A stretch of DNA of 64,000 nt from Raja brachyura (lineage: Eukaryota). Positions 1-13,700 of this stretch are shown here, one piece after another. A program made the translations under genes and the position numbers. The stretch's first letter is position 1; each line of letters begins with the position of its first letter. The stretch lies in assembly GCA_963514005.1 (NCBI GenBank), contig OY740811.1, positions 24,986,001 through 25,050,000 of the forward strand, read 5' to 3'. The notes beneath the pieces were generated by a model that was not told the DNA's origin, did not search any database, and saw only the letters and a list, made by a program, of their open reading frames with translations.

Positions 1-479
1 GATTTCAGAGGATGAGCAATTGTACAACTGGTAACTTTTCATATGCTGTTTCCTGTCCAGTACTTTTAAACTGGTCTGGGGAGGAGGCTGCTGCTTTTGC
101 AAATGCACAGGATCAGCCCATGTCCTTGTGTAAAGTATTGGATGAATGTTGTTATTTTTGATTGAGTATAAAAAATATGATTTATATTGATTTTATTCAT
201 TTAATGTATTTTTATATGATGGTGATTGAGGAGAGAAGTAAAATGTCCAAAGGAGATGTGAATTGAATTTACCTGGTAATTTCTGAATCGTGTTTACAGC
301 TAACCTGCAAAAATGTCTGCTTTATCTATCATTGGTCTGGTAATTTGTGATTGATTGATTGTTCTTGGAAGCTGTACTTTCAAAGTTTATTATGGTTCAG
401 TGTTTTTGGTGGTATTTGTGCTTGTGATGAAACCAAACTTTAGTTTATTGGCGCGTGTACTGAGGTGGCGGAATAACAA

Positions 480-625
480 ACATTTATTATGTTTCAGAGG
501 CATGTAGATAGTATTTGAATAGGCAGAGCACAGAAGGATACAGTTCTAATGTGGGCAAATGGTACCAGTGGCAGAAAGGTCAGCATGGACAAGCTGGGCC
601 AAGGGGCCTGTTTCTGCTGTGTAAC
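480..625 (+). mobile_element. CR1/HER1-like LINE 3' tail fragment
   Basis: Contains the ggtcagcatggacaagctgggccaaggggcctgtttctg tail motif shared with other CR1 copies and SINE tails in this window. Confidence 0.65.
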
Positions 626-1071
626 AATGACTGTGCCTATGTAATTATTTAAATAGTTATGAAGTTGTGCTCTTTTTCTCTCTGTGTATTTTTTTCAGAA
701 TTAATCATAATTTTTAATATTCTACCTCTCATTTTGGATATTCTACCTCTCCCTTGAAACATCATTATTTTAAAATACATTAAATCAATAACATCATTGC
801 ACATTTTATTTTTCAATTTTTGATTATAACAGCATTCATTCAATATGACACGAACAGATTTGAACATTTGCAAAAGCGGCAGCCTTTTCTCCAGACTAAT
901 TTAGTAGAGACAAAATCAGGATTTGATGGCTGGTGAATTTTTGTGTTGATGACCCTTTAGCAAAAACATTTAAAGTCGCAAAGAAAAGGAGGTGCACAAG
1001 GGACAATTATGTGAAATATCCAAACCACCATTTCAGAGAGTACAGTTATATTGGTTTTGTGGATATAGATT

Positions 1072-1685
1072 TACTGTATTTGTTGTTCAAGATGTGGATT
1101 GTTATACATCGGTGAGACCAAATGTAGACTGGCCGATCATTTCGCTGAACACCTTCGCTCAGTCTGCCTGGACGTACCTGATCTCCTGGTTAATAAACAC
1201 TTTAATTCCCCTTGGCATTCCCACACTGACCTTTTTGTCCTAGGCCTCCTCCATTGTCAGAGTGAGGCTAATCACAGATTGGAAGAACAGCATCTTGTAT
1301 TTTGCTTGGGCAGCTTACAACCCAGTGGTAAGAATATTGATTTTTCTAACTTCAAGTAAACCTTGCATTCCCTCTCTCTCCACCCCTCCCCCACCAGTCA
1401 CACCAGGTTCGCACAGGTCGCACCAGGTTCTCATTCTCACCTAGCAAACAGCTAACAATGGCCTGTTTCATCATCGTTACTTTTTTGCATATCTTTCATT
1501 CATTTGTTCTATATCTCTATATCACTGCCTGTATCTCTCGTTTCCCTTTCCCCTGACTAGTCTAAAGAAGGGTCTCAACCCGAATCACCCATTCCTTCTC
1601 TCCAGAGATGCTGCCTGAACCTCTGAGTTACTCCAGCATTTTGTGTCTATCTTCGGTTTAAACCAGCATCTGCAGTTCCTTCCTA
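1072..1685 (+). mobile_element. Penelope-like element 3' fragment: GIY-YIG endonuclease remnant plus pseudo-LTR
   Basis: Translation YCICCSRCGLLYIGETKCRLADHFAEHLRSV...HFNSPWHS...LEEQHLVFCLGSLQPSGKNIDF (ORF 1099-1359, stop at 1240-1242 read through in the track); followed by a pLTR with a decayed hammerhead motif at about 1561-1590. Confidence 0.9.
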
Positions 1686-2519
1686 TTCAAGATCCAATAG
1701 TCTGAGTTCCAGTAAATATCACACAGACTGTAAAATAAATAAATACAGGTTTGGATGTAGATAGACCCCAACATTTAACTGGTCTCATTAGGTCTTGGAA
1801 GTGTACTGCTTCGACCACAGCCAATGACTGAAGGCATTGTGTTACTTTGATTATAAGCAGTTTGGATAAAGGTGTTGCATGGCTGCCATTCAGAGACTGT
1901 CACCATGACAACATTCTTGCCTGTTCCCAGGCTTTGCTTGTCAATTATAGTCATCCTGTAATCAGCCTGTGACATGAGAATCTACTAGGCCTGATTTTAA
2001 AAGCCATTTGAAGTATAAAGAGCCCTTTGGTTGGTTGAGTGGAATCTGGCAAATTCTGTGTCAGTTTAATGTGAATACTACAACTTGTGAAAGGTTTTGC
2101 GCAATCCTTGTTTTGTAAAAAAAAAAATCAAAGCACATCAATTCTGTTGACAGCAAACAAAAATAAAAAAGTTAATGTCTTCTCTGACCATGTGTTGTTT
2201 AAAGTGTTGGAGTAAAAGCAACCAGATGGTGTAAAGAAAGTAAAATGATGTGTTTAGCAAAAGCTGTCCCTAATTAACAGCTTTGTTGTAATAAGCGTAG
2301 CTGTTTTAGGTATATTGGCATATTGCTTTTAAATCTACATCTTAAGCGCTCCTTGAAAAGTGGGGGCAAAAACATTTCTGAAGTGTGAGCCCTTGTCGCA
2401 GAACATAAAGAACACTTGGCAACGATCGTGCATTCCCCCACACGGAGAGAAAAAAACAGAATATGCTGGATCATTGAGGTGCACTCAATGTCCCTCATTG
2501 AGATGAAGGATTACACCTA

Positions 2520-2617
2520 GAAATAGACACAAAAAGCTGGAGTAACTCAACGGGACAGGCAGCATCTCTGGATAGAAGGAATGGGTGACGTTTCGGGTCA
2601 AGACCCTTCTTCAGACC
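2520..2617 (-). mobile_element. Short Penelope pLTR copy
   Basis: Reverse complement matches the pLTR at 1560-1650 and 44750-44835. Confidence 0.85.
2581..2617 (-). ncRNA. Minimal type I hammerhead ribozyme motif (Penelope-associated)
   Basis: Minus strand reads GGU-CUGAAGA-A-GGGUC-UU-GACCC-GAAAC-GUC-ACC: intact core, stem II, palindromic ACGU stem III, 3-bp stem I. Confidence 0.7.
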
Positions 2618-2726
2618 TTGTACCTTGAAACTGAACTTGGCTCTTCTCACTTGATATGATCACGGACATGCTTGGTTTTTCTTTTCCAAGAAAGAAGTTT
2701 GGATTTCGAGTAAAGCTAATAAAAAA

Positions 2727-2925
2727 GTTTATTGTACTGGTACAGTGAAAAGCTTTTTGATACGTATTATCCAGTCAGTGGAATACATGATCACAGTCGA
2801 GCATCCACAGTGTACAGATGCACAATAAACGGGTCAACCATTAGTGCAAGAGAAAGTCCGATTATAGATAGTCCTAGGACCTTCAATGATAGTAGATGAT
2901 AGCTCAGGATCGCTCTCTAGTTATT
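2727..2925 (-). mobile_element. Rex1/Babar-like LINE 3' end fragment
   Basis: Near-identical to 42357-42640 (ggtacagtgaaaagctttt...ccacagtgtacag...); AATAAA on the minus strand. Confidence 0.6.
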
Positions 2926-3344
2926 GTGTGGCTTGGATATACAATGGAAATATGGATGGGTTAAAAACAAAAATGTAATTTGAAACTTTGTAAAATGTGT
3001 TATGAGCACTGTTCATATAAGTAGCACCAGCTTGCAGACCTCTGTGTGCTTCCAGTTTCGTTCCAGTTGCAGTTGTTTGGCCATCAACTGTGAAACGGGA
3101 ATGTTTTTTAAATTGGCAAAGTGGCATCACTTTCTAACATTGAAGGTTTGTTTATTACGACAGGTTATTTATTTAGAGGAGAGCTTTTTGATGAAACATT
3201 TCATTGTTACTATGAAAAATATTTTGTATCATTTTCTTTATGTTAGTTCCATAACAAAAACAATGATATTCCTTTTCTCGTGAAATTAAGTGGAGTGAAA
3301 TAGACTTTTATTTATGAAATATATGCTGTTATTACAAGGAAGAT

Positions 3345-4255
3345 GCAAGAAACTAGAAGACGCAAGATGCTGAATTCTTGAGTAAACAAAACAAAGGGCT
3401 GGAGGAACTCAGTGGGTCAGGCATCATCAGTGGAGGGAAATGGGCAGACAGAATTTTGGGTTGGAATCCTTTTTCAAGATTAGAGTGGAGGGGTGATAGC
3501 TGGTAGAAAAAGGTGATGGGAAAGAGTGGGGCAAGAGCTGGCAAGTCATTGCACGCGATAATCACCAATCATGTGTCCGCCACGGCCAGCTGGAGCTCCC
3601 AGTTGCCCACCACTTCAATTTGCTTTCCCTCACCAATCTGTCTGTCCTCTGCGTGCAAACTGGAAGAACAGCACCTCAGATTCCACTTGTGTAGCCTATA
3701 ACTCAATAGCATGCACATTGAATACTGCCAAGTCCAGGTAACTTCCAATCCCTTTTCTCTCCTGATCTATCCAGGCATCTCATGCACACCTCCACCCATC
3801 ATCGTTCAGCATCCACCCCTGCCCTCTCAGCTCCTCTATTTCTTCTTCCCCCCCCCCCCTATTCCCGTCTACTCACCATGCCTCCCTCTTGTTCTATATT
3901 TCACTTGCAGGAAAGGTTTTCAGTGTACCTGTACCTCACTGTACTTGTGCATCTGACAATAAACTTGACTACCTGATTTTTCTTTCTTATCAAATTCTAC
4001 ATCAACAGCCCTTTAATCTTCTCCATTTATCACCTCTAGCTTTTGTGATGATCTTCACTCTCCTGTTCACTCCCTGACACATCTGCTAATCACCCTTCAC
4101 CTCTTTCTAGCAGCTATCCTATTTGTACTCCAATCTTGAAGAAGGAATCTCACTTGAAATATCGTCCATTTCCTTTCACAGATGTTGCCTGACGCACTGA
4201 GTTTCTCCAGTTTTTTTTTGCACTAGATTCCCAGATCAGCAGTGTCTCGTGTCTC
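3345..4255 (+). mobile_element. Old Penelope-like insertion: inverted pLTR, GIY-YIG C-terminal remnant, pLTR; a LINE tail is inserted at about 3900-3975
   Basis: KLEEQHLRFHLCSL remnant at about 3657-3698; pLTR-like sequence in opposite orientations at 3345-3480 and 4135-4255. Confidence 0.65.
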
Positions 4256-7200
4256 CATTTCACTGCTGAAAATTATTATGTTTTCCTCACCAGTGCCTCT
4301 ATCTCTAAACTATTGGCGGGTGTCCATGCCCTTTCAATGTGACCTTGCCTGGAAATAGAACAGAAGAATTTTCAAACTGGATGCCCGTTGTGTGCTTTGT
4401 ACAGGCCTCCCTTTGCTTCAGATTTGCATGGATTAAGTGCCTTTGCCCATGGGTAATAAAACTGGAAAGAAAAAAAAAAGTAGTTATGTAAAAACATTTG
4501 TAATTAAAACTTGTTTTTCCAGTCTCTTATCATTGTTTATGTACACTGGAGTCTACTCCTTGAAGTCGCATTTTCAGAAGCCTCCTTTTGCAATTAAAGT
4601 AATTGTTCACTGAAGATTTTTATCTGTGTGGTATTGGGGTTTTGTGTGGTGTGGGGTTGTGGATTTGCATAAAGGTTATGTGGAAAAGCTGAACAGAAAA
4701 AACTGGTAGACTGAAGTCCCATACAAACATTACTCAATAAGATTCTGCAAAAATTCTGGTTCTTAATACATCCCAATGACTATGGAGCTAGAAATGCTGC
4801 ATAATGATTATCAAACTTTCCAAAAATGACCTTTTATAACAGTAAAGAACATTTTATTTAGGAATGAAAGTAGAAATTATGCAGTGACTCTCAGTGTACT
4901 AAGGTGCAGTTTATCCCACGGTGGTGTGATCATTCTAAATGAATTCTGTATATTTAATTTCACTTGACAATGTTTCTCCCTCAGTTATACTGTGCTTGTG
5001 TTTAAAATTTGAAATGTTAACCCTGCTGTAGACTTTCTACAATTCAATTTATTTATCTCATGTAAATCCTACTGCACTTTATTACACATACTTTAATTAT
5101 TATCCAGCCTCATTTTAGCAAGATGTTCTAGCAATGGCATACAACTGACACCCTTTAAAGTGCTGTGTCGCCATATTGTGCATTCTGTTGATGAAACAGA
5201 TGGTTTGCCTTCAGCTGGGCCATGTTCTGAACAAGCAGGCATTGGGCAGGAGAAAGAAAGGCAGACGACTTAAAACAGGATAGGTGATAGGAAGGTGTTG
5301 CTTCCACTGCGCAGTCCCACCTGGCTGCCACCTGCTTCTGAAGCTGGAATCGATGCCTGCTCTTGTTTTTCCTTCTGCTGTCTACTTGGCCTCCAACAGG
5401 TATAGGACAAGGGCAAAACAACGATTTATTTGAGCATAAAGGATGCAGAAAGTGGAGTGTTGGCAGGTGATAGTGGAAGTTAAATATTGTACCTATAAGG
5501 AGTACTTGTCTTATAGAAATGACACTGTGTCTGGCAGTACCCCCTTAAAAATAACTTTTAGTCATTTGAGTTCAGGGTTATTTCCTTGATTGTATCTTGA
5601 GGACATGTGAGATCTTAAATCAGAAGAACAGCAGTTTTAGCAATTGATCTAAACATGAAATACATCCTTGAAGTGAACTGTTTTTTACAATGAGCTTCAA
5701 TGTTTCTTTCCACACTTAAGTTTCTCAATTTCTCAATTTATTTTCCCTCCTTTAATTTGTCTCCGCAAAAACCTGCTCCTTTGATCTGTTCCAAAACCCC
5801 CTCAGGTGATTTGGTTTGATAACTTGGTTGCCAGTCTCCTGTGAAATGCCTTGGAATGTTTTGCTTTGTTGGAGGCAATACTTGAATAGATTGTTCTTGT
5901 AGTTAGGTTCCCTTTGAGAGTGTTAACACCCAACATGCAGTCACTGCACATTCATGAGCTGTCCTCTTGAGATGATGTTGGTGAGTGGATTAATCAAGGG
6001 GAGACTATGGGAAAAACGGGAGGTGAAGAGAAGGTAACAGTGCATGCGTCTTGCTAGTGCAACAATGTGGGCTGATTAAAACCCAATGCTACTGTGCCCC
6101 CAAACTTTGCGATCTCCAATCAAGGAAATTGGAGCAGGAATAGGTCACCAAGCCCTTGGAGCATGCCCCACCTTTCGATCTGATTTGTGCTGGCCTCAGT
6201 TCCTATTCTGTTCAGGCTGATGGATCAAGCGGTCAGCTGATCACAGTCTCTTCTGTCCTTGCGGGAGGCGCCTGCCAGCGATTTTGTTCTTGATTAAATT
6301 TTTACCAGACACTTTAATTTTAAACATGTAAAAATGACGTCCCTGGGGAAACATTTTAATTCACGAATATTTCACTGGTTTCAGCCTGATGTATATTGTT
6401 TTCTGGCAAATTGTTTGGGAAGATCATAAGTCATGACCTTTTAATTCCATTTTTGCTGTTGAATAATAAAACAAGATGTCAGCACAAGAGGAAATGTGAT
6501 GAGGAAATGAAAGCACCACAAGGATGAATCGTTACAGGAAGTGGCTGGTCCACATTTTTCAATGAGAACTTCAACAGTAAATGGGTGTAAATGCTTGATA
6601 ATGGGCACAAAACGGTATTCATGTGCAACTTGCATGCAAATGAAGGAACAACTGGGTCCATTTATTTAGGCATATATGAGGGGATTTGTTTTCTCTTAGA
6701 GCAGCTTTCTAATAATTCTAACGAAGTGGTTAGTAGCTACTTGATAAGCAAGCTGTGAAAGGGTGCTGAGGTAGACAGTAATGCAGGGTTGAGGATTTGG
6801 TCACACCAACACTTATCATAATAAATAACAAATATGATGGACTGAATGGCCTAATATATGTATTCACATCGCAAATGCTGCTTGACCCGCTGAATTCCTT
6901 AGCATTCTTTACTTCATACCAAGTTTGCCTCTTGGTGCTCAAGCACATGCAGCAGGAGGCTTAGGCTGGAGAGTTGGTGAGTCTTGTCCAGGCAGGAATT
7001 ACAATGGCATAATTTGGCCTAATTGGGAAGAGAGAATTTGTTTGGATTTCCACTCTTTGTTAATTATTGTTTGAATGCTGGGCCTACATACCAGATCAGG
7101 CTTGGATGTGAGGATCAGAATAGATGAAAATCTATGCTAATGTGTACTGAAGGACCTTATTGTTACCTTTCACCTGGCAAAACTGCTTGATGGTCTCTGG

Positions 7201-7342
7201 TGGTAATTAGGGAGATATCCATTGCATGCCCAGATGCTCAGGTAGGGGTAAGAGTCACATCTACTCACTCTACACAATTGTGTTCATCTCTATACATACA
7301 GTTATATTATAGTGGACTCAAATATTGGGGGCAGGTACAATT

Positions 7343-9130
7343 ACATAGAATAGTATAACACAGGAACAGGCCACTCAGCCCATAATGCCTGTGCTGATCA
7401 CAATGTCGGTTCGAACTAATCTCATCTGCCTGCACATGGGCTGTATCCCTTCATTCCCTGTCTGTCCACGTGCCTATCAAATACTGCTTATTTGCTATTC
7501 TATCTGTTTCTGCCTGCGCTCCTGGCTGTGTATTCCAGGCACTTACACTCTGTGTAAAAAATACATGCCTCATAAATCTCCTTCAAACTTTCCCACTCTC
7601 ACCTTAAGATTTTGCAGAAAATGGTCTCACTTTCATCTAGTACAAGCAACTCGATGAATTTCTCACTTTAATTTTTCATAAAAAGAGGCTGTTGAAATTT
7701 CTAGCATTTATATTACATCCTATTAGGGTTACTAGTCATAAAGCATGGAAACAGGCCCTTCAGCCTAACTTGCCCATACCGACCAAGACGCCCCATTTAC
7801 ACTAGTCTCATCTGCAAGTTTTTGACCCATATCCCTCTAAACCTTTCTGATCCATGTACCTGTCCAAAAGTATTTTAAATGGTGTTAAAATACCTACCTC
7901 AACCTCATCCTCTGGTAGCTCATTCCATATACCTAACATTTAAAAAGTTTCTTTCTCACCTTGAACCTATGTCGTCAGGTTCTTGATTCCCCTGCTCTGG
8001 GTAAAATACTGGATTCACCCTATGTATTCCCCTCATGATCATATAGACCTCAATGAGATCAACCCTCATCCTCCTGTGCTCAAGGAATATAGTCCTTTCC
8101 CTATAGCTCAGGCCCTCAGGTCCTGGCCACATCCTTATAAATCTTCTCTGCACCCTTTCTAGCTTAACAACATCCTTCCTATAGCAGGGTGACTAAAACT
8201 GATCACAATACTCCAAATGTGATCTCACCAACGTCTTGTTCAACTGTAACATAACATCCCAACTTCTATACTCAATCCCCTGTCTGATGAAGGCCAATGT
8301 ACTGAACGCCTTATTGACCACCCCTAACTACATGTGACACCACTTTCAAGAAACTATGTAACTGCACTCCTAGATCCCTCTGCTCTACTACACTCCCCAG
8401 GACCCTGCCATTCACTGTGCAACACCTTGCTCTCATCTGCATTAAACTCAATCAATTAATCATTCCCCAGCACACTTGCCCAAGTGATCAACATCCTGCT
8501 GTAATTTCCAATAACCATCTTGTCTATCTATGATACCACACTCTTTAGTGTCAAGAGTGTTTTATTGTAATATGTCCCAAAACGGAATAATGAAATCTTA
8601 CTTCCAGATACGTAAGCATAGTACTCTGTAATACCCATAATAAACAACCAAAACAAAGTTTGGCATATACAGGTTCACCACTGATTTTCCAGCTTCCTTG
8701 GTTCCAGTGCCTTGTATTTGCAAAAACTTACTATTCAATTCATTCTACATTCTCATCCAAATCATTGATATAAACCACAAGCCGCAATGGGCCCAGCACC
8801 AATCCCTGAGGCACACCACTAGTAACAGACCTCCAGTGCGAAAAACAACCTTCTATCATCACCCTTTGCTTCTTTCAATGAAGCCAATTCTCTATACAGT
8901 CGGCTAGCTTTCCCTGGATCTCATGCAATCTGACAAACCTACCATTCGGAACCTCATCGAAATGCCATGTTGAAGTCCATATAGACAACATCTATGGTTC
9001 TGCCATCGTCAATCTTTTTAGTTACTTCTTCAAGAAGCTTTGAATGATACGATCTCCCACGCACATGACAATGCAGACTCTCCCTAATCAGCCCAGGTCT
9101 ATTCAAGTACATTTATATCTTATCCTTCAG
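7343..9130 (-). mobile_element. Cluster of CR1/HER1-like LINE fragments (about 7343-7610, 7735-8550, 8735-9130) with other repeats inserted at about 8553-8730
   Basis: ORF 7956-8153 QRRFIRMWPGPEGLSYRER...RRMRVDLIEVYMIMRGIHRV matches the CR1 ORF2 C-terminus; 8800-8830 on the minus strand encodes VTSGVPQGLVLGP (RT motif). Confidence 0.9.
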
Positions 9131-10419
9131 ATAAATTATAAAACATTATGAAATTTGCGCTATTTGGAATTATGTTGTTAATCAAGTCAAGGGGCATTAA
9201 GGGATAGATCAGATCATCAATGACTGAGGTTTGTGAGCTCATTGTCAAAACCTGGCAATGTAACCATACCTGGACCCTTATTTTGTTGTATCTTTTCCAA
9301 AAAAATGCAGAATAATGTTATTTTATTTTTGGCACTTTGGATTTCAGCATTTGCAGTATTTTTTTTCTTGTTCCATGATTCAGCTTTTCTGTAGCTCTCT
9401 ACTTTTTGTTAGCACATGGCTTTGTATCATCAACTCAAACAAGAAGAATTCCTAAAATGTTGCTATTTTAACTGTTAGATTAGGAGTGCCGGTGTGACTG
9501 TGCCAAGATTACTGGCTGCAGTGTCATTTGCTAAATTCTACTTGCACAAAGTGTGTTAAGCTGTTACTAAGCACTCTGCCAAGCACATACAATTGAATCT
9601 ATAATGACTAAAGTAGTTCACAGATAAAGAATGATTAATACTCTCAAAGGAATCGTATGACTGCCATTGAGCATAATTATCAATATCAATGTGAAAATTG
9701 TCATTCTAAGAAGAAAGAAAACAAATGAGACAGGAAGGCTCTTCAGAGGGCTGAAACTGAAATTACAGCAAAATTCATGAGAAAAGTATTTTGGCTCAGA
9801 AATTGGATTGCATGGTTCTGGCTATTGCAGCTCTGTTCAACGAATGATGTACTTTCCTTCGGACCATTCCTGAGTTGTCTTACATCAGTTTGGAAATTTT
9901 GCACTAATTGAGATTGTGCTTTTAATGCGATTTCTGCATTAGACCCACATCAAATAACTATTCACTGTTCAAATACTCCTGTGATGGTAGCCAGGGAATT
10001 AAGCCCATATTGACTGAGGAGGAACATTATCGACTTCTTCTGCTTACCCCCGCCCCCCCCCCCCCCCCCCCCTGCGTTCCCCACACACCCCACCACAACA
10101 GTGCCAATATTTATGGCCCAAAATAATCTAATTCCTCCTCCCTTCTCTCTCTTGCCCCTGTGACCAGCCTGGACCCCGGCTCCAATCCTGATCATGGACC
10201 CCATCTAAACTCTTAGACCACCCTACCCACGTGAACAATTTTACTTCTTTTTTTCATCAAACTTGCAATCCAACCTGTGATCCAGACAGAACTTCTGGAG
10301 CATACGAGGAAATGGTGCAATGGAGGTTTGGAACTGGCTGACTCTACTAGCTTGTAGTGCCATTGACCCCTGCCATGCCACCCGTGGATCCTGTACTGCC
10401 GCTGTGCCAGCATAATCTG

Positions 10420-10600
10420 TCTAGACCATTATAACAAGAGTAATGGGCAAGTGGGCTAGCCACTAGCTAATGGAGATTAATGCAGATAAGTGCGAGGTGT
10501 TGCACTTTGGGAAATCAAAACAGGGAAGAACCTTCACAGTGGATGGTAGCATCCTGGGTGATGCCAGATGAGTTGGGTCAAAGGGCCTGTTTCCCTGACT
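10420..10600 (+). mobile_element. CR1-like LINE fragment, internally deleted
   Basis: Encodes MEINADKCEVLHFGKS (CR1 RT C-terminal motif), joined to a gggcctgtttcc tail. Confidence 0.75.
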
Positions 10601-10994
10601 ATGTGAAAAAACTTTTGAGCTTTAAAAAATCTGATCCATCATAGAAAGAGCTCCCAAATTTGATCACGCAACTATCTTTATTTTTGCTTTTAAATTATCA
10701 GATATGCATTCATGTAATTTGTTTGTAAGATGTTCACATGATAAATGGATTTTAAAATCTGCACTGTCTGTTTGTATGTTTCCTTCATAATTGCCTTTAA
10801 ATTGGTGCAAATCCATTTAAATTAAAGTGTCTCAAATACACTTCCTCAAAATCATGTGGAAATGTATTTATTGCAACACTTAATTGCTGGTCTGAATTTC
10901 ATTTGAGTTGCTTAATTGTAGTCTGAAATAATATGTCTGTTTCAGTTCAACCTGGTGAGACATAGATTACCAATAAGGAGGGAAGAAGACAGAG

Positions 10995-11185
10995 ACTAAG
11001 ACTTTTGCCTTCCACCACAGTGAGGAGGTGTTTGGTGAACTCGCTGTGGTGGATGTTAATTTTGTGTTTATTGTGTGGTTTTGTTATTTTTATATATGTA
11101 TGACTGCAGGCACGACATTTCGTTCAGACCGAAAGGTCTGAATGACAATAAAGGCCATTCATTCATTCATTCATTCATTCATTCA
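10995..11185 (+). mobile_element. Non-LTR retroelement 3' UTR with stem-loop, AATAAA and (ATTC)n tail (Rex1-like)
   Basis: cgttcagacc-gaaa-ggtctgaatg hairpin at 11121-11144, then acaataaa and about 7 ATTC units. Confidence 0.7.
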
Positions 11186-12577
11186 CTAAAACACAAATTA
11201 TTCTGAACTAACCCTAAGTTACAAAAAATTGTCTTGTTAGCTGCCTTGATCTGGCTTAATGACAATGGTGGAGCTGAAACCACGGCGGTATAAGGTTGCA
11301 TGTTACACATTGCCTCTGAAGTCTGCAGGCCTTTATTCATCTAAGCATTGAGTTTTGGCTTACAATCAAGATTATCTTACAGTCCATCCCTTTAGCATGC
11401 CAAGAATGTACAAAAAACTCAAAGACAGGAAATGCCTCATCTTTTAACAGCTTTCCCAGCTGCAGAGAGGGGAGGAGGGACCTCGGGGAGGTAAATTCAT
11501 CTTTTGCATGAATGAAAATCAACCCCTGCCAGCGTGGCATTAATATCTTGTGAACTGCTGCTCTGTTTTATTTTCAAATTCTATTCTTGATATTGTCACT
11601 TTCTTGGGCAGTGTTCAGGCCACAGCCAGTTAACCTATTATGTGAACACTGCCCAGTGAATGCCTGCAGACTGTGGGACTACAGGTGGCATTGCTGCCAA
11701 GACTCTTCCAGACTTGTGTGAGCGGAAGCGCGACTGTGTTCTGTACCTTCCTTGCTTCCCTTCGGTCCCATACATGTACAAAAACATTGCCACTGCCCGG
11801 CCCATTTTCATTTCCTAATGATAGATAGTTAGGAACAATAGGGCCCATACTTCAATGTTTTCATACAATGTTGTTAACTACAACTGAAATCTCATCATGT
11901 ATATACCAGCATATCTCATTTGGATACTTGAAAGGATTTCTAGAATAATGTAAATTCCTGACTAGTAAGTTGGGTAAATAGAATTATGGTGCAGATAAGC
12001 CATGATCTAATTAAATAGTGGAATGTATCTTGTTTTATTTCCACATCCTGATCTATTATTTTTAACGTTTTCTCTATGTATTTGCTTCTTCTCATTTTAC
12101 TCTGTGAACAAAGCCAGCCTCCTCTTGTGCTGTCACTGCAATCATACTTGTCTGGTTTGGTTCTTGCCTGCTCGGTTGTGGACTGTAGGTGCTGATAAGT
12201 AACTGGTAGAGTGGAGGGACTATGATGGGTGCAGGATCTTGTTTGAAAGGCAATAATCTTGAGTGTAAACGATGAAATGGGATATTTGAGAAAATGTATT
12301 AAATATTTCAGATACCTAGGCCCCAAACTGACTTTGAACTTGATAAAACACAGTGCACTGATGTGAGTTTAACTGCCGCATATATTTCATTGCAAATAAT
12401 GGTTACAATCTTTGGCAGATACATTTCATGTTGCCTTCTTAGTAGTTATTTGGGGAAAAACAAAGGAACCACCATTATAGATCCAATTAGGAATTGGATG
12501 AATTAGCATCCATTAATAGAAATAATGATTGAACCTTAGCCTGGGTAGTTATTAGGAAATTGAACACGTTCTTTACT

Positions 12578-13444
12578 GCTGATGACACTGATCTCCAAAA
12601 ACAATGAGAAGGCCTACCGGGAGGAGGTGGCTGATCTGGCACTCTGGTGTCAGGACAACAGACTCCTCTTGAATGTCATAAAAACCAAGGAGCTGATTGT
12701 GGACTTTAGAAGGCCACAACATCCGAGGACGTATACGCCCCTGGAGATAAATGGGGTACTGTGGACAGGGTGAGCTGCTTTAAATACCTGGGAGTCCACA
12801 TCACAGAGGATCTGACATGGACATCACACACTGCCGCACTGATGAGTAAGGCAAGGCAGCGCCTTTACTTCCTCAGGCAGCTGAGGAAATTCAGTCTCTC
12901 TGAGGATCCTTCCGTGCTTCTACTCAGGGGCTGTAGAAAGCATCTTGTCGGGCACTTCACAGTCTGGTTTGGGAACTGCTCTGCCCAGGACAAGAAGGCT
13001 TTGCAGAGAGTAGTGCGTTCGGCTGAACGCACTATGGGAACTACATTCGCCGCCCTGCAGGACCTATACACCAGGAGGTGCAGATCCAGAGCCAGCAACA
13101 TAATGAAGGACCCCTACCACCCCAGCAACGGACTGTTCCAGTTGCTACAGTTAGGCAAACACCTTCGCTGCCATGCTGTGAAAACAGAGAGGATGAGACG
13201 GAGTTTCTTCCCACAGGCCATTAGGACTGTAAATTCTTATCTCACAAGGGACTAATTTACTGTACCAATTTACTGTTGTATTGTGCCTTTTTAAAATTGC
13301 TGTTTTTTTCCCTAATATGTAAATACTGATTCTGTTCTATTCTGTTCTGTAGTTTTTTGGCACAATCCGCAGGCATTGCCACTTTCATTTCGCTGCACAT
13401 CTTGTATGTGTATGTGACAAATAAACTTGACTTGACTTGACTTG
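12578..13444 (+). mobile_element. 5'-truncated Rex1/Babar-like LINE (frameshifted RT C-terminus, 3' UTR, (CTTGA)n tail)
   Basis: AYREEVADLALWCQDNRLLLNVIKTKELIVDFRR, FKYLGVHITEDLTWTSHT, KARQRLYFLRQLRK and RMRRSFFPQAIR; ends aataaa(cttga)n. Confidence 0.92.
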
Positions 13445-13544
13445 CACATGATGTTTCCCTGGTGCCAAGGCCGCACATCTCCTGTCATCCCTGTGTATGT
13501 AGTGTTCATTTCCGTTTTTAGCCAAGTGAATTGGAACTCCAACA

Positions 13545-13700
13545 CGTAAAGAGCAAGGTAACCTTTTCACACAGAGGGTGGTGGGTACATGGCACGAGCT
13601 GCCAGGGGGGTTAGCTGAGGCAGGTACTATAACATTTAAAAGGCACATGGACAGATACATGGATAGTAAAGGTTTATACGGATATTGGCGAATAGTACAC
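13545..13700 (+). mobile_element. CR1-like LINE 3' fragment
   Basis: ttcacacagagggtggtgggtacatgg...acatttaaaaggcacatggacag encodes FTQRVVGTW...TFKRHMDR. Confidence 0.75.

Noticed and set aside
10946-10954. Possible 9-nt microexon tttcAG|TTCAACCTG|GTGAGA
   Set aside because: Weak pyrimidine tract, no nearby UGC context, and adjacent to a repeat.
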